64,000 nucleotides of DNA, taken from assembly GCA_951406725.2 (NCBI GenBank), contig OX597823.1, positions 93,806,001 to 93,870,000 of the forward strand. Direction: 5' to 3'. The position numbers were made by a program, and so were the translations under genes. Positions 25,339 to 42,017 of this stretch are shown here, piece after piece. The notes under the pieces are model-generated. The model had not been told where the DNA came from and ran no database searches. It was given only the letters and a program-made list of their open reading frames with translations. This DNA is from Octopus vulgaris. Its lineage: Eukaryota. The stretch's first letter is position 1. Every line of letters begins with the position of its first letter.

Positions 25339-26773
25339 TTAATCAGTAATTTCGTCTGTGCTTTTTTCCCTTCTGTATTTATTTTCTGGTCCCTTAATAC
25401 GTAACCTCTTTGGAACTAAATAACTGAAGTCTATAAATTTCGATATTCAATACACATAAATTCATATTTTAAAGCTGACACAGATCATTGACTTTACTTC
25501 TCTCATTACCTTAGGAGTACAATTATTATGCCAATAGCGTTTTCCCGTCAATGTGTTGACCACTTCCTTTCCCTCTATTTCAATTATCCTATTTCTTTTC
25601 TATTACTTCCTTTAGTTTTCCACAAAAAGTTCCTCTCCATTTAATTTTCAAAAAGATCTTTACTAATCTGTGCTTTTCCTTTATTTACCCAGAATTATAA
25701 TTTGATCGATCTCCATTAATTAAAGCTGATATTTGATTAATTTAGAATCGGAGCAAGTTTCACCTGAGCAATTTTAAGACTGCGTGAATTTATTCGACAT
25801 GCCATTCCTTAAGATTATTAGAGCAGCGTCAGCACTTGTTCTTAGAGCAGTTGTTCTTTGAATATCTTTCAATATAGTCAAACGCCATTTTGGCCACTTC
25901 GATCCGCTGCGATAAATGCATATTCTTCTAGTTGCCACCTTAATGAATGAGGGTACTAAGTTTAATGACATCTTTGGAGTAGAAATGCCGTCTTTACTTC
26001 GTAGCCTTACTTTCCTCCCTGATTGACAGTTCCACTTTACAGCACTTAGATGTTGGTAATTTTGATTAGATATTTCCCTTGTTGATTGATCTGTTGATTA
26101 ATCAATATCTCACTGATTGCTTATTTATTTCGTCACTTTGGTAAGTTGAGAGTTGCGTGGCATATTATGTAATGTTATGTAAGCTGTGCATTACGCACAC
26201 CTGACTGTGCTGTGATTACTGATGAGTATAAACTTCCTATATGGAAATAGCATTCGAATATACTCTTCATGAAATAATTGTCGCAATACCAGATAACCCA
26301 TTCGTCAGTATTTATTATGTTTTTCATCCAAGCTTAAGGTTCTTTCCACCATTGGATACAATTCAATTCTATTGAAGTTGCGAGTTATCCAACAAGAGTG
26401 AACTTATTTTCATCGATACATTCCATGCTCTGATAATGAATCCGATTTGTGTCATTCTGTCCAGGCACCAATTGTGGCATCTTTCATTTTGTTTTGCCCC
26501 AAATATTACGGATACTCGAAATACGAGACTAGAAAAAAACAGCCAACAACTGATGAAGGGTCGTTCCTTATGTTGTTTGTTTTGTTCTCCATTTGTGTCT
26601 TCCGTTGTTCGAAGGAATAGTTCATATTCCATGTACTCGTACTTCGTACTTTTTGTTGTACACGTTTCATGACGTCTTGTGCCCACGTATGCTTATATAT
26701 ATATACGTAAAGATGTAGGTAGTTCATATGCGTATGTATATATGTATATATATATTATTTATATTATATATAT

Positions 26774-26835
<62 letters not shown>

Positions 26836-26884
26836 TTATACGTATTTATTACTTAAGTTGCAAATACATCACAAATATATATCA

Positions 26885-26990
26885 CAAGAACCGGCTACTC
26901 AGAGTTTCAGGTTCTCGTTCGTCGGACAATTTAGATTGGGAAACTGTCTGACGAACAAAAACGTGACACTGAGTAACAGCTTTTTTAAAT
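26885..26990. repeat. Imperfect palindrome made of two inverted decayed hammerhead motifs
   Basis: + ACTGT-CTGACGA-AC..GT-GACA-CTGAG-TA-ACAG; - ATTGT-CCGACGA-AC..CT-GAAA-CTCTGAG-TA; relative at 55355-55394. Confidence 0.55.
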
Positions 26991-27242
26991 GATTTTTTTG
27001 TGGATAGGCACAAGTACACACACACACACATATATGTATATCTAACGTCATAGAATTTCGTAAGCTTTCGAGGTAGCGTGCATTAGGGCAGTCTTCTATA
27101 TTTCAACATTTTCTATCCCAAAGTTTTTTTTTTTAATTATATGGTATAAGCAATATATGTTTAAATAGAAAAATAATTCTCCCAAAAGAGATGTGTGTGT
27201 GTGTATGTGTGTGTGTGAGACCCAGCGTATGTACCCGACTGC

Positions 27243-27274
<32 letters not shown>

Positions 27275-27692
27275 CGGTGTAAGTATGTATGAATATATGA
27301 ACGTATGTTTGCATGAATACATACGTACGTATATATATTGTACACAGATCGACAAACACACGTAGATATATAAAACTATTACAAATATACATGGCTATTT
27401 CTATTTATCTTTATTTACTCATTTCTGTTTGGGATTTCATTTGCTGTAGAGCAAAAAAAAATTGTATCTCTGATGCACACAGTTCCTCTGCGGCCAGTGA
27501 AATTTATGTTGATAACTCTACACTAATAATTTAACATTGCATAATAGCAGAAAGAACACAAGTCCATAGCTAAGTCTCAAAGAATCGAGTGCTTCGAAAA
27601 TGTAAAGAATATCTTAGCGTAATAATTAGTGTAGTATCTCATTGTTGGCAACCGTGTCGCGTTGTATACGTATATATGTATGTATGTGTGTG

Positions 27693-27731
<39 letters not shown>

Positions 27732-27939
27732 GTGTGTGAGTGTGTGTGTTTGTGCGTCTGTGAGTATGGAATAGATGTACGAAATTTCATCTTCTATTGC
27801 ATCAGCACATAAGGCCATGTTCATTTCTTTATTTACAAAAAATACAATCGTAAGTAGAAAGCTTCATACGTTGTTTGGGCATATATATATATATAACTAA
27901 CATATACATATACATACACACACATATACGCATATATGA

Positions 27940-27978
<39 letters not shown>

Positions 27979-28106
27979 CGTGTATATTTATACATTCATA
28001 TACATATATTTATGTAAATATATGCATATATACGTATATATATAGAGAGAGAGACATACATCTCTATATATATGTATATATATATACATATATATACATA
28101 TACATG

Positions 28107-28153
<47 letters not shown>

Positions 28154-28160
28154 ATGTGTA

Positions 28161-28254
<94 letters not shown>

Positions 28255-28300
28255 CATAGATACATACATACATACATACATACATACATACATACATACA

Positions 28301-28332
<32 letters not shown>

Positions 28333-28650
28333 GATACACATGCATGTGAACCTTTGTGTATGTGCGTAGTTGCGTGATTTTTTGCTATGGAATCGGTTGC
28401 ATTATTCATGTGTTCTATTATTGTCGCAAACATGGAATCGAAATTTTCTGCTGATCATTGAATTACATGTAATTATGAGGGCCTGAAATCACGCGCAGTT
28501 TCCAGATTTCTTCCATATTTCATCATCATTTTCGATGACAATATTTCAGATGAACCTATTTCCCGCTTGTGTATATAAGTATATATATAATGTATACATG
28601 CGTATGCATACACACACACATGCGCGCACGCACACACACATGCGCGCACG

Positions 28651-28696
<46 letters not shown>

Positions 28697-28704
28697 GATA
28701 TATG

Positions 28705-28780
<76 letters not shown>

Positions 28781-28989
28781 ATAATGTTAATACTCCGCTA
28801 GTAACACGTAGTTGGTCGAAAAGGTGTCGCATCTAGAAGGAATTAAATATATTGCCCGATAACGTACCTGAAATCTGTTTCTATTTTCGACGGTTCGGTT
28901 CGATAATCTGTTAATCGGATTTATAATCTGCGAATGTACTGGGCACAGAAGAATCCAAATCGTATCGCTTCTGATGAATTCTTTGCTTA

Positions 28990-29400
28990 TTCTTGCACCA
29001 TTTTTCGAGTCCTTTTTTGCCATAAGGAAGTATTATCGCTCCTGAAATCTGATAAGAATTTTTATTCCTATGCTCAACACCGCCGTGAGCGCTGTATTAT
29101 TTTTATGATGTAGAAAGTATTCCATCAAAGTTGCCCAAATAATGTTGGTAGCAAATTTCAAATACACCCGAGGTTTGGTCCATCTTTTACAAAAATTGAG
29201 TTTACGCCAAACCTCACCACTAAGACTTAATTATTTCACTTCGGACTGGCCCTGCATTCTTTAACATCATGCAAACCACATGAAGAAAGGAAAAGGCTCA
29301 ATGACATTCACGCTGAGCCAGAATACATTTGTCAAAATTCTCCGCATGTACCACCTACCTTCTGTTATATTTCTGAAATATTAACTGTTCCCTCGAATGG
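28990..29400 (+). pseudogene. Highly decayed CR1-like LINE 3' fragment
   Basis: caacaccgccgtgagcgctgtattattt and ggccctgcattctttaacatcat align with 33588-33615 and 33760-33785. Confidence 0.55.
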
Positions 29401-29699
29401 ATTATGGTGTCAAAATAAATTGCTGTAATATAATTAATTGTCTTCTCTAGGTGGTAAAAAGCTACTCATGGCCTGGTCCAATCCTTACTGAAATGGATCT
29501 AAATATTATGCGGCAAAATATGTGTTCGCCAGGCCAAAACTCTCTCATTCCCATGACATTCATTAAATTTCAGATAATTTCTAAAATAGAGACACCTACG
29601 TTCAAACCTATTAAAATGTAGTCACATCTCAAAGAAATGAATATTTTCAGTTGCAAATATTTTCAGTTGTAACTAGCGTTAATACAACATTACTTATGC

Positions 29700-30113
29700 C
29701 TTTATTGCCCACAAGGGGCTAAAACACAGAGGGGAAAAGCAAGGACAGACAAACAAAAAGACTAAATCGATTACACAACCCCAGTACGTAACTGGTACTT
29801 AACTTATCGACTCCGAAAGGATGAAAGGCAAAGTCGACCTCGGCGGAATTTGGACTCAGAACGTAGCGGCAGACGAAATACCTATTTCTTTACTACCCAC
29901 AAGGGGCTAAACACAAAGGGGACAAACAAGGACAGACAAACGGATTAAGTCGATTATATCGACCCCAGTGCGTAACTGGTACTTATTTAATCGACCCTGA
30001 AAGGATGAAAGGCAAAGTTGACTTCGGCGGAACTTGAACTCAGAACGTAAAAACAGACGAAATACGGCTACGCATTTCGCCCGGCGTGCTAACGATTCTG
30101 CCAGCTTGCCGCA
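29700..30113 (-). mobile_element. Meta-domain tRNA SINE dimer
   Basis: Two units, junction at 29881. Confidence 0.85.
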
Positions 30114-30254
30114 TTAGTATACAACGTTACTTATTAAAAGACACGCGTTCGCTGGTCCTTAATTTCTACCCAAGCTAACTTAGATAAAATTATACGCATT
30201 ATAAAATACAAATTCTTTACATACAAGAAAGTGAGATTTCCTCATTAGTAAAGT

Positions 30255-30480
30255 CTACGGATTTGAGTGTTGTATTGACCATCGCAAGATCCCGGTTTCG
30301 ATTCTCAGTGCGGGTTGTGCATTGTGCTCTTGAGCAAAACACTTTATTTCACGTTGCTTCAGTTAACTCTGATTTAAATGAGCGATTCATCGATGGGCTA
30401 GCGTCCTGTCCAGGGAAAGTGTTTTGGTCTTTGTCACTTATACATCATGAAAAAAGGGTAACCGAACCTATCACCCTTAC
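30255..30480 (+). mobile_element. Decayed tRNA SINE
   Basis: ggtttcgattctcag...cttgagcaaaacactttatttcacgttgct. Confidence 0.6.
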
Positions 30481-31132
30481 GTTGCGAAACTACTTACTTC
30501 GCCATTGAAAGCATGACAATCGGTTTAACAACAGCAGCATCCATAGCGATTTGTGGACAAATAAGATAGGAAAGAACGAAATGGCCGTGAGAACAACGGA
30601 GGTGGGGGTGAGACAAGAAGGAGGAATAGCGCAAGAAGAGGAACTGGAGAAAAAAAACAGAGACAAATTACAAAAAAACTTAACAATAATACCATTTTAT
30701 GAAACTTTCTATCCATGAACATATATGTATGTTAATATTTGTTTATAATTTAGTGTGGTGGTTAAACTACATAGATATATTCTGCACTGTGGTATCGAAA
30801 ATCAGAAATAGAGTCAACAACAAAGGAGAAAAAATCTAATGCGTACACTGAAGGGATAGATTCAAATGTTAGAAATAACAGCTAAATCGAAGTTTCTCTC
30901 TCTCCCTCATATTTCAATATCTTTAGAGAGACCATAGTCATATTGGATGACGTATATGATATAATCTCTCCCTAAAAGTATGGGTTGGCTAAACACTTTT
31001 GCAGTCAGGCCTTGGACTACACAAGACAAACTACAACAAATTACTCCAAGAAGGCAATACAACTTAACGATGTAGGTTCCTCCTGTCGTAAATTAAAGAT
31101 GAGGCTCCGGAAATTGATGAACAACTGGTATA

Positions 31133-31336
31133 CTCTTTACCCTCTTTTACTCTTTCACTTGTTTCAGTCATTTGACTGCGGCCATGCTGGAGCACCGCCT
31201 TTAGTCGAGCAAATCGACTCCGGGACTTATTCTTTGTAAGCCCAGTACTTATTCCATCGATCTCTTTTGCCGAACCGCTAGGTGACGGGGACGTAAACAC
31301 ACCAGCATCGGTTGTCAGGCAATGCTAGGGGGACAA

Positions 31337-31393
<57 letters not shown>

Positions 31394-31556
31394 TATGACA
31401 GGCTTCTTTCAGTTTCCGTCTACCAAATCCACTCACAAGGCATTGGTCGGCCCGGGCCTATAGCAGAAGACACTTGCCCAAGATGCCACGCAGTGGGACT
31501 GAACCCGGAACCATGTGGTTAGTTAGCAAGCTACTTACCACACAGCTACTCCTGCG
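31133..31556 (-). mobile_element. tRNA-derived SINE with internal (TA)/(TG) tract
   Basis: Head GCAGGAGTAGCTGTGTGGTAAGTAGCTTGC..GGTTCAGTCCC..TTGGGCAAGTGTCTTCT; tail ends in TAAAAGAG-like repeats. Confidence 0.85.
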
Positions 31557-31594
31557 CGTATAGACGATTTTTTTTTATAGTGATCAACTATTTA

Positions 31595-31790
31595 TGCTGA
31601 AGGTCAGCTCACCCCCTCCATTATATCGATACTGCCTGTTCAGGTTCAAATTGTGCGTCAGATGTCAAAGTAATCGAAAGAAACGTAAAACAAAGTGTTT
31701 CGCTCAAGAATACAAAGCGTCGCCCGTTCGGGAACCGAAACCACAGGCCACTAATATTGAGTGCAACGCCATAATTATCAAGCCACGTGC
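31595..31790 (-). mobile_element. Decayed tRNA SINE
   Basis: aaacgtaaaacaaagtgtttcgctcaagaatacaaagcg...gggaaccgaaacc...gccacgtgc. Confidence 0.55.
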
Positions 31791-31991
31791 ATTTCCAACT
31801 GAATGATACTCCAAAATAATCAATAAAACCTATCAACAACAAACTATCATAAAATTTTGTGTTACTTTTTCAGCTCTTTCTTACGAGCTTCATGGGAAAG
31901 ACACTAAGTGAAAATATCAACCACATCTCATTCATTCTCTTCCTCCGTCTATTATATGTTCTATGCATACAATATCTATCTATCTAGCTAT

Positions 31992-32053
<62 letters not shown>

Positions 32054-33193
32054 GTATATATCTTGTTTTCCTCATTTTATTTCTTAAGAGTTGCATTAGA
32101 ATACAAATATTTTTCACTTTTGTGCTGTCACAAAATTCCAGTGTCTGTGTTGCAGCCGTAGACACATGGAACATTAAAATAATACTAAAATTGCACGTCA
32201 AATACAACTTCCAGACAGAAAACAGTTATTTATTTCTGGAAGAGTGAAATAAAGAAAAGAATGTTGAAATTGATAATATAAATATAGAGATACACAGAGG
32301 GAATTTGGAGGATAAACTCTACCACAATATGTCAATCCGCCAGAAACGTAAGGCCTTTTTCCATTATGTTATCGTCTTAATTACAATGAATATTGCAAAG
32401 CCAAACTAAAAGGTAAGTTTCAGAAAGACAACTAAATATTCATCTCAATAAAACTATACTAAAGACGTACCAAATATTTCTTTTACTACTATGAAGCAAA
32501 AAAAAACGACCAGAAAGAAAAAAAATTCCTTTACTACAAAAAGCGTCTCGGCAGATTAATGAGAAAACATCTGATTGCTGTTGTTTTTCGTCATTGGAGA
32601 ACACCTCCACCATTAGCGGATGTATCTATATAACACTTGGGATTCATCGATGTAGGGAGCTTGGAGACACTGCGATGTTTTGACTTTATTGTGGGTCCCG
32701 TCAGTCGAAGCTATCCAACCGAATCGATAAATCTCAAAAAAAAAAAGCATCTCTTTATAGGAATCTGTAAACAAATTTTAAGCTGGTGCATGCTGATATA
32801 TGACAATCCGATAATAGTTGATGACATGCAGACTGAACAGTGAGAATCCAAAGAGTAACAGATCTATTTATTCTGAATACGTTCAGGTTCTTTCGAATGA
32901 GAATATCTAAATGCTGTCGTTTTCTGTCATCTTTAATCTTTTTACTGGTTCGAATCAGATTTTGCGGTCATGGTATAATACCACTATCATTTGCCATGAT
33001 ATTTGCACCCAGTAAAAATTTATACAGACCAAGAAGATTGAAAAGCAAACGGAAACTATAATGCCTAACATACAAAATATTCCATAATAACGCCTTATAC
33101 CTGAAGTGATGCCTAATATGTAAGATAACTTATAAATAAAATACCTTTTAATATATAAAGTAATGTCTTATACATAAATAATGCCCAATAGAT

Positions 33194-33441
33194 AAAAGTA
33201 AAGTAAATTTCCTTCCCGAGTCACACTAACTCATAGGGGCCGGTTTCCCTGTTTCCTTGTCGTATATGTTCCCCTTTTGAACGGGTCACCGGCCCGTCGC
33301 AAGATTACTCATTTTTGCCAGCTGGGTCGACTGGAGCAACGTAAAATATAGCGTTTTATGCAAGAACACATGTCGCCTCATCCAGGGATCAAAACCAAAA
33401 TCTTTAGCCCAACATCCCTAAGTATTAAGCCACGCGCCTCC
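33194..33441 (-). mobile_element. tRNA SINE
   Basis: gactggagcaacgtaaaatatagcg...gccacgcgcctcc. Confidence 0.65.
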
Positions 33442-33459
33442 ACAATATATAAAACAATG

Positions 33460-33970
33460 TGGTCCGTCTACAAAATGCAAGACATAATGAGGATCGAAGC
33501 GCCACAAAGATCAATCACAAAAGAATAAATGGCATGATGGGACTTGATTATTGTGCTCGACTTAAACAGCTGAAGCTCTATTCTCTGCAACGCCGCCGTG
33601 AGCGATACATTATTTGCAGAATGTGAGAAATATTCCACCAAAAGATATTGGTATTATGTTTACAATTCACCCAATACTAGACTCCCGTGCAATGCGTCCC
33701 CTACAAAGGTCGAGATCACACACATGAGAACATTGCGACACAATTTCTTCACTGCAAATGGTCCTGTACTTTTCAATGTCATCCCAAAAGAAATTAAAGT
33801 AGAAAAAACCCCACAACTTTCAAACGGCACGTGGACAAATACTTCCAGGAAATACCGGATAAACTACCTACACCTGGATACGTCTCAACCAACAGCAACT
33901 CTCTGTTTGAGTGCTCCATGTGGTGCTATTGAGTTAGTCATGACATGGGCCGATAATGGCCGAAACCAAT
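33460..33970 (+). pseudogene. Decayed CR1-like LINE 3' fragment
   Basis: RLKQLKLYSLQRRRERY..TLRHNFFTANGPVLFNVIPKEIK..PGY across frameshifts. Confidence 0.75.
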
Positions 33971-34684
33971 CTAGGTTATCTAAGAACAATGTCTTATATG
34001 TAACATAATACCTAATATATGAAATAATGACTTACCTATAGAATTATGCATTATAATGGTTCATGTGAATGGAATAATGCCAAATAATAAAAATAATGAC
34101 TAAAATAATACCTAATATTCATTGAAATAATGTCCAGTGTCCAAAATATGATATAGTTACAGTCGGAAAATCTTTGCCGTTATATACGTGAGACTGCAGT
34201 TGATCTGAGAACAGTAAAACCACAAGAAAATAAAAATGTTTGTTAACGTTGATGTAAAAACAAAATATTTTGAGCGATTAAGGTTCAGAGACTCGTATCG
34301 CAACAGATTCGAACGCAACAACATGAAATATAATCCAATTCTATATTTCTCCAGAAGTGGAAACGAAACACCGAGTGTCGTAAAGTCAGACAACCACATA
34401 AATATTCTAAAACTTGAGATAAAGAAAATCAGTAACATTCGTTGCCTAAAGGAAGTCTGTGATAAGAAAATCCTAGCGCAATTATAACCATTATAGAAAG
34501 ACAGCGAAACCATATAAAATTTAGACTAAGTAAATCCGCAGACATAATTTGTGAGAAAGCTTAGAGAAACAACGGACTGTCGATCACCCGGCAATCAATA
34601 GACGCATAGGTTAAATCCTAACAATAATTGCTTTGTTCTTAATTAAATTTCAAATTTGTTCATGTATCGCTAAATTGCTGCATG

Positions 34685-34725
<41 letters not shown>

Positions 34726-34963
34726 TCTTTAGGTAAATATATTCAATAAGAATATTATATACTGAATTTATATTGAGTGCTCCATTGTATAAAAATATTA
34801 ATACTATTAAAGTATTTATATATTTAATATTTAATACGATCGATATATACATATATATTTTTAATAATATATTATAACAAAAATATGTATATATATATAT
34901 ATATATATTTATTTATACATACATACATACATACATACACATATGCATATATGCATTCATTCA

Positions 34964-35018
<55 letters not shown>

Positions 35019-35229
35019 TATTCTATGTAATAATCTCGTAACGGGCATGTCAAAGTTCCTATAAGGTTATCAGCTACATTAAGCACAAAATTGGGAAAAT
35101 GGAGGTAACTCAGCGGTGCTATCAAATCCAATCCATTGATGACGTGCAAGTACGCAGATACTACTGGATTATGTTTAAGCATATAATATTTCTATAATAA
35201 TGTGATATGAAAAATTCAGCAACTACCAT

Positions 35230-35570
35230 TGTTACCAATGCAAAGAAACAGCTGTTTTAGTCATAGAAAAGTTGCCCAATTAAATGTGAATGCCACCAAG
35301 CTGTTTGAGTTGGTTGATTTGAGTTCTAAGGCCTTGGAATCACCATTGACAACATCCTTAAGTAGTAAGAGTCTCAAAAGCTATAAAGATACTCCAATGA
35401 TAGTACCAAAATGGCCATCGCACAGACAAAGTGTTCAAAGGTGAGTTAAAAGTGTCACTGAAGCTGCGAGTCATGTTTACAGTCACGAGAAATGAGAGGG
35501 TTACATCAAAGCACAAATAGTCAGCCGGCAACTGATGAAAAGAAACAACAGAAAGAAGGATATGAAGACT
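35230..35570 (+). pseudogene. Decayed DNA-transposase C-terminus (possibly Sola2-like)
   Basis: LNVNAT..ESPLT..WPSHRQSVQR*VKSVTEAASHVYS..EGYIKA..SR resembles the recalled EPPLT..PCHTQAVER.VK.VTEAS..RDG.IR..SR motif; superfamily uncertain. Confidence 0.5.
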
Positions 35571-35840
35571 TTGACTACATTCAAATAGTATATTGGAATA
35601 TATTATAGTATATATGAAACTTGAAACAGAAAGATGCAGGTGAAAACCATTTAAGTTCAAAATTCTCAAAACATATAAATTTCAAACACATAGTGATGTA
35701 GTTAAGCGTTATTTAAAATTGTTTTTTCTTTTCCAGAATTTTGTTTTATATGCTGAAAAGCAACAATAAATTACTACCAAAATTGAAAATTATGAATTTT
35801 CCCTAAAATTGACACATCCTTAATATATATATATAATATA

Positions 35841-37092
35841 CAGGGGTTGAACAAAATAATGGAAACACCTAGCATCATAGAATCATGATTTTGAAATATC
35901 TATTAAAGCTTCTTTATTTTTATGTTTTTGATTTATTACTAGTGTTGCTTAATATGCTTTGCTAAAATTAATGTTTCTTTTCAGATATCGTCAGAAAAAA
36001 CTAATTAAAATTCATTAAAATTGCAGATCTATCTGACTTTCGAAGAGGTCAAATTGTTGGTGCTCGTAAGGCATGTGCCAGCGAAACAAGAACAGCCGAA
36101 ATGTTTGGTGTCTCAAGAAGTACTGTCTCGAAAGTAAGGACAGCTTTTCAGAAAGGGAGAAAAACCTCCTCGTCGAAACAAAACTCCGGAAGGAAACAAA
36201 GCCTTTCAGACGGGGGCCGTCGGACTCATACGCGAATTGTTAGTACAGCTCACAAATTTACTGCAGAATTTAATGACCACCTCGAGAACCCAGTTTCTAC
36301 AAAAACTGTTCGCCGGGAGCTGCTCAAAGCCAGATTTCACGGGAGGACTGCAATCAGAAAACCACTACTTTCAAAAACGAAAGTTGCAAAGTGTTTAGAG
36401 TGGAGGAAAAACCTACGGAATTGGTCCTTAGAACGGTGGAAGAATGTTATTTTCTCGGATAAGTCATCCTTTACCTTATTTCCGACCACTGGCCGAATAT
36501 ACGTATATACGTGGAGAGACAGCCAAAAGAAGCGTTTGGTCCAGACTGCCTTCTTCCAACTGTTAAACATGGAGGAGGATCTGTGATGAGCTGAGGGAAG
36601 AGGGATGTATCTTGGAAATCTGCGGCCCCAATGATTTTCCTTCATAGCAGAATTAATAGTCAAGAATATTTAAGCAGTTTATCCTATCAAATTCATCCTA
36701 TGGTTGCGGAGCTATTTCCGGAGGGAGACGCAATCTTTCAGGATTATAATGCACTAATTCACACAGTCAAAATTGTTACTGAATAGCAAGAGGAACATTC
36801 TAGTGATGTTAAGCATCTCATTTGGCCACCACAGTCCCCAGATTTCAATATTATCGAATATTTATGATGCATTTTAGATTTAGTCGATATCCTCCACCAT
36901 CATTACTACAAGAACTGGATACTGTTTTAGTTGAAAATGGACAAAAAATCATTTGCAAACAATTCAAACTTTTGTACGAGCCGATAGCTTGTAGAATTCA
37001 AGGTGTAATTACTGCCAAAGGCCGTCCTGACCTATTTTAAAATATATTTGTTTGAAATTTTAAGGTGTTTCCATTGTTTTATCCAACCCCTG
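35841..37092 (+). mobile_element. Tc1-family DNA transposon, full length, decayed
   Basis: TIRs CAGGGGTTGAACAAAATAATGGAAACACCT / AGGTGTTTCCATTGTTTTATCCAACCCCTG, TA on left flank. Confidence 0.92.
36020..37038 (+). pseudogene. Tc1 transposase pseudogene (DD34E type)
   Basis: DLSDFRRGQIVGAR..SGRK..W.NVIFSDKSSF..IFQDYNALIH..WPPQSPDFNIIE; frameshifts and stops. Confidence 0.9.
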
Positions 37093-37159
37093 CATGTAGT
37101 CAATTCAAGGAACAAACTATATATGAAATTTTAAGATGTTTCCATTACTTTTCAAAAAC

Positions 37160-37200
<41 letters not shown>

Positions 37201-37230
37201 TTGAGTTGTGGGGTATCGCACGAGTGGGAT

Positions 37231-39825
<2,595 letters not shown>

Positions 39826-39843
39826 GTATATATATATATATAA

Positions 39844-39899
<56 letters not shown>

Positions 39900-39994
39900 T
39901 TAATTAATGTTTGGTAGAAGTAAAGGTGTACCACAAGGGCTTAGAGTTGTGTGTGCTAACACTTGGTGTCACTTTGTAACTTCTGCCAAATATT

Positions 39995-40185
39995 GATTTC
40001 AAATTTTGGCACAAAGCCAGCAATTTCAGCGCAGGAAGCAAGTCGATTACCACAGTACCCAACTTGTACGTATTTTATCGACCCGGAATTTATGACAGGC
40101 AAAGTCCACTCCTGCAGAAGTTGAACTCAGACAAAATGCCGCGAAACATTTCACCCGGCGTGCTAAACCTTCTGCCTGCTCCACG
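39995..40185 (-). mobile_element. Decayed Meta-domain SINE
   Basis: ttttggcacaaagccagcaatttc...tttatcgaccc...ggcaaagtc...cattt cacccggcgtgcta. Confidence 0.6.
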
Positions 40186-40205
40186 CTGTTCTTCTGTTGT
40201 ATATT

Positions 40206-40243
<38 letters not shown>

Positions 40244-41788
40244 CTAGAGTTAATTTCTCTACCTTTAGGACGAGTTTACCAACTGTCACTGCGTTGATTT
40301 ACGCATAGAAATATAAATCTTCAGAATGAGACTTGTGTTGGTTTACAAATGCGGGTGTTTGTATGCCTTCTGGTGTAAATACATAAACGTTCTCACAATA
40401 TTACCATGAGAATTTTAAGCATAAATGAAGAAGAATATTTATAATATTTGACCTGTTGGCTCATATAAGCACGGACCACAAAACAATTCTGTTCGCTGAG
40501 AGCATAAACAAAACCAGCGGATTTGGCTAACCTCAAAGTTTCCACTGAGGAGACACGTGTCGAAACACGATGTCCCAGATAACCGTCCGCCACTAAGACG
40601 AGTGTATTGAACACACTATTGTTTGAAATGGAGAAGTTATTCTCTTAAGACATACACTACAGCGCCCAGCATATTATGCGTCTGAACTTATCTATACGCG
40701 TTAAGAATAAATATGCGAATATTCACCAAAATTATATTAGTCAGCGTGTAGGAAGTGAAATGAACCAAGCCCTGGCTCCCGCAGTGCTCTGATTTATATT
40801 TATAATCTCATAATTCAGAGATGAATAATCTATAAAAAGGAGTTTCATATGATTCATATAAATGTAACCTTAGAAACCATGATTTGCTTAGGTTGCGGTT
40901 CCTGACCCCGAAACAGTTGTTTACACGACATAACTATTGATAGATACCATGGGAGAATTTAGTTCGATGTTTCATCTCGTAGAATAATCACAACTGAAGT
41001 GGGAATACTTTTACTATTTAATCAACAAATATTACATCAGATTATCTATGGTTGAGTTTAAATCTTGCCGTAGTCATGGTCTTGGAGAACGTAATAGGAA
41101 TCCATTCCTTTGATACAAGACATGAAAGAAAGTCACCCAGTGAGGTGTGGAATATCGTCTCTGATGCTGTCTGGTTGTTAAACAATCAACTACTGAAGCT
41201 AACCATTAATAATTAATAAATAAACAACCATTTAGACAACTAATAATTAGTTACATATTTCTATTTATTTCAATGTTGAACTGTTTCTATTCCAAGCATG
41301 ACAGATACGGAATGTATGCTTACAGTAACGGTTACACAAATACACTGAGCCAAACATACCCACACACGCGCGCGCGCCGCAAACAAACAAACACACACAC
41401 TCACAAAAGGGTTTCACGCATAAACACACACATACAAACAGATGTCTAGCATTAAAATAGTTGTTTGACTCCAATACTGTAACCCATGAAAATATTTAGG
41501 AAAAGTACATATATAATTTTCAAATTAATTTATTTCAGAGTCTGGTTCGAACTTTCATCTATATAAGGAATATTATTTATATATTAATTAAAGATATGTA
41601 ACAAGCTTTTCCCTCTCTTGCTTATTTTTTTGTCTTTCCAACTTCAAATAGTGAATGTCTTGAGACCGAAGTATTAAATTTTCTTCCCTTCCATTCTTTA
41701 AGCAATAAATTCATAGAATATTTCTTAAAACATGGTCCTCTTGTTTTAGCTTTTACTTTTGCATCTTTGTTCAATACATATTCGTTCT

Positions 41789-41864
<76 letters not shown>

Positions 41865-41973
41865 GCATATATATACATTTATATATATATTTACATATAT
41901 ATATATATGCATACATAAATACATATATATATATATATATGTACATAATCACATAGTATGCATATACGTACAC

Positions 41974-42017
<44 letters not shown>

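Noticed and set aside
34236-34487. 83-aa ORF, possibly a decayed PLE RT N-terminus
   Set aside because: Resemblance too weak to support without a search.
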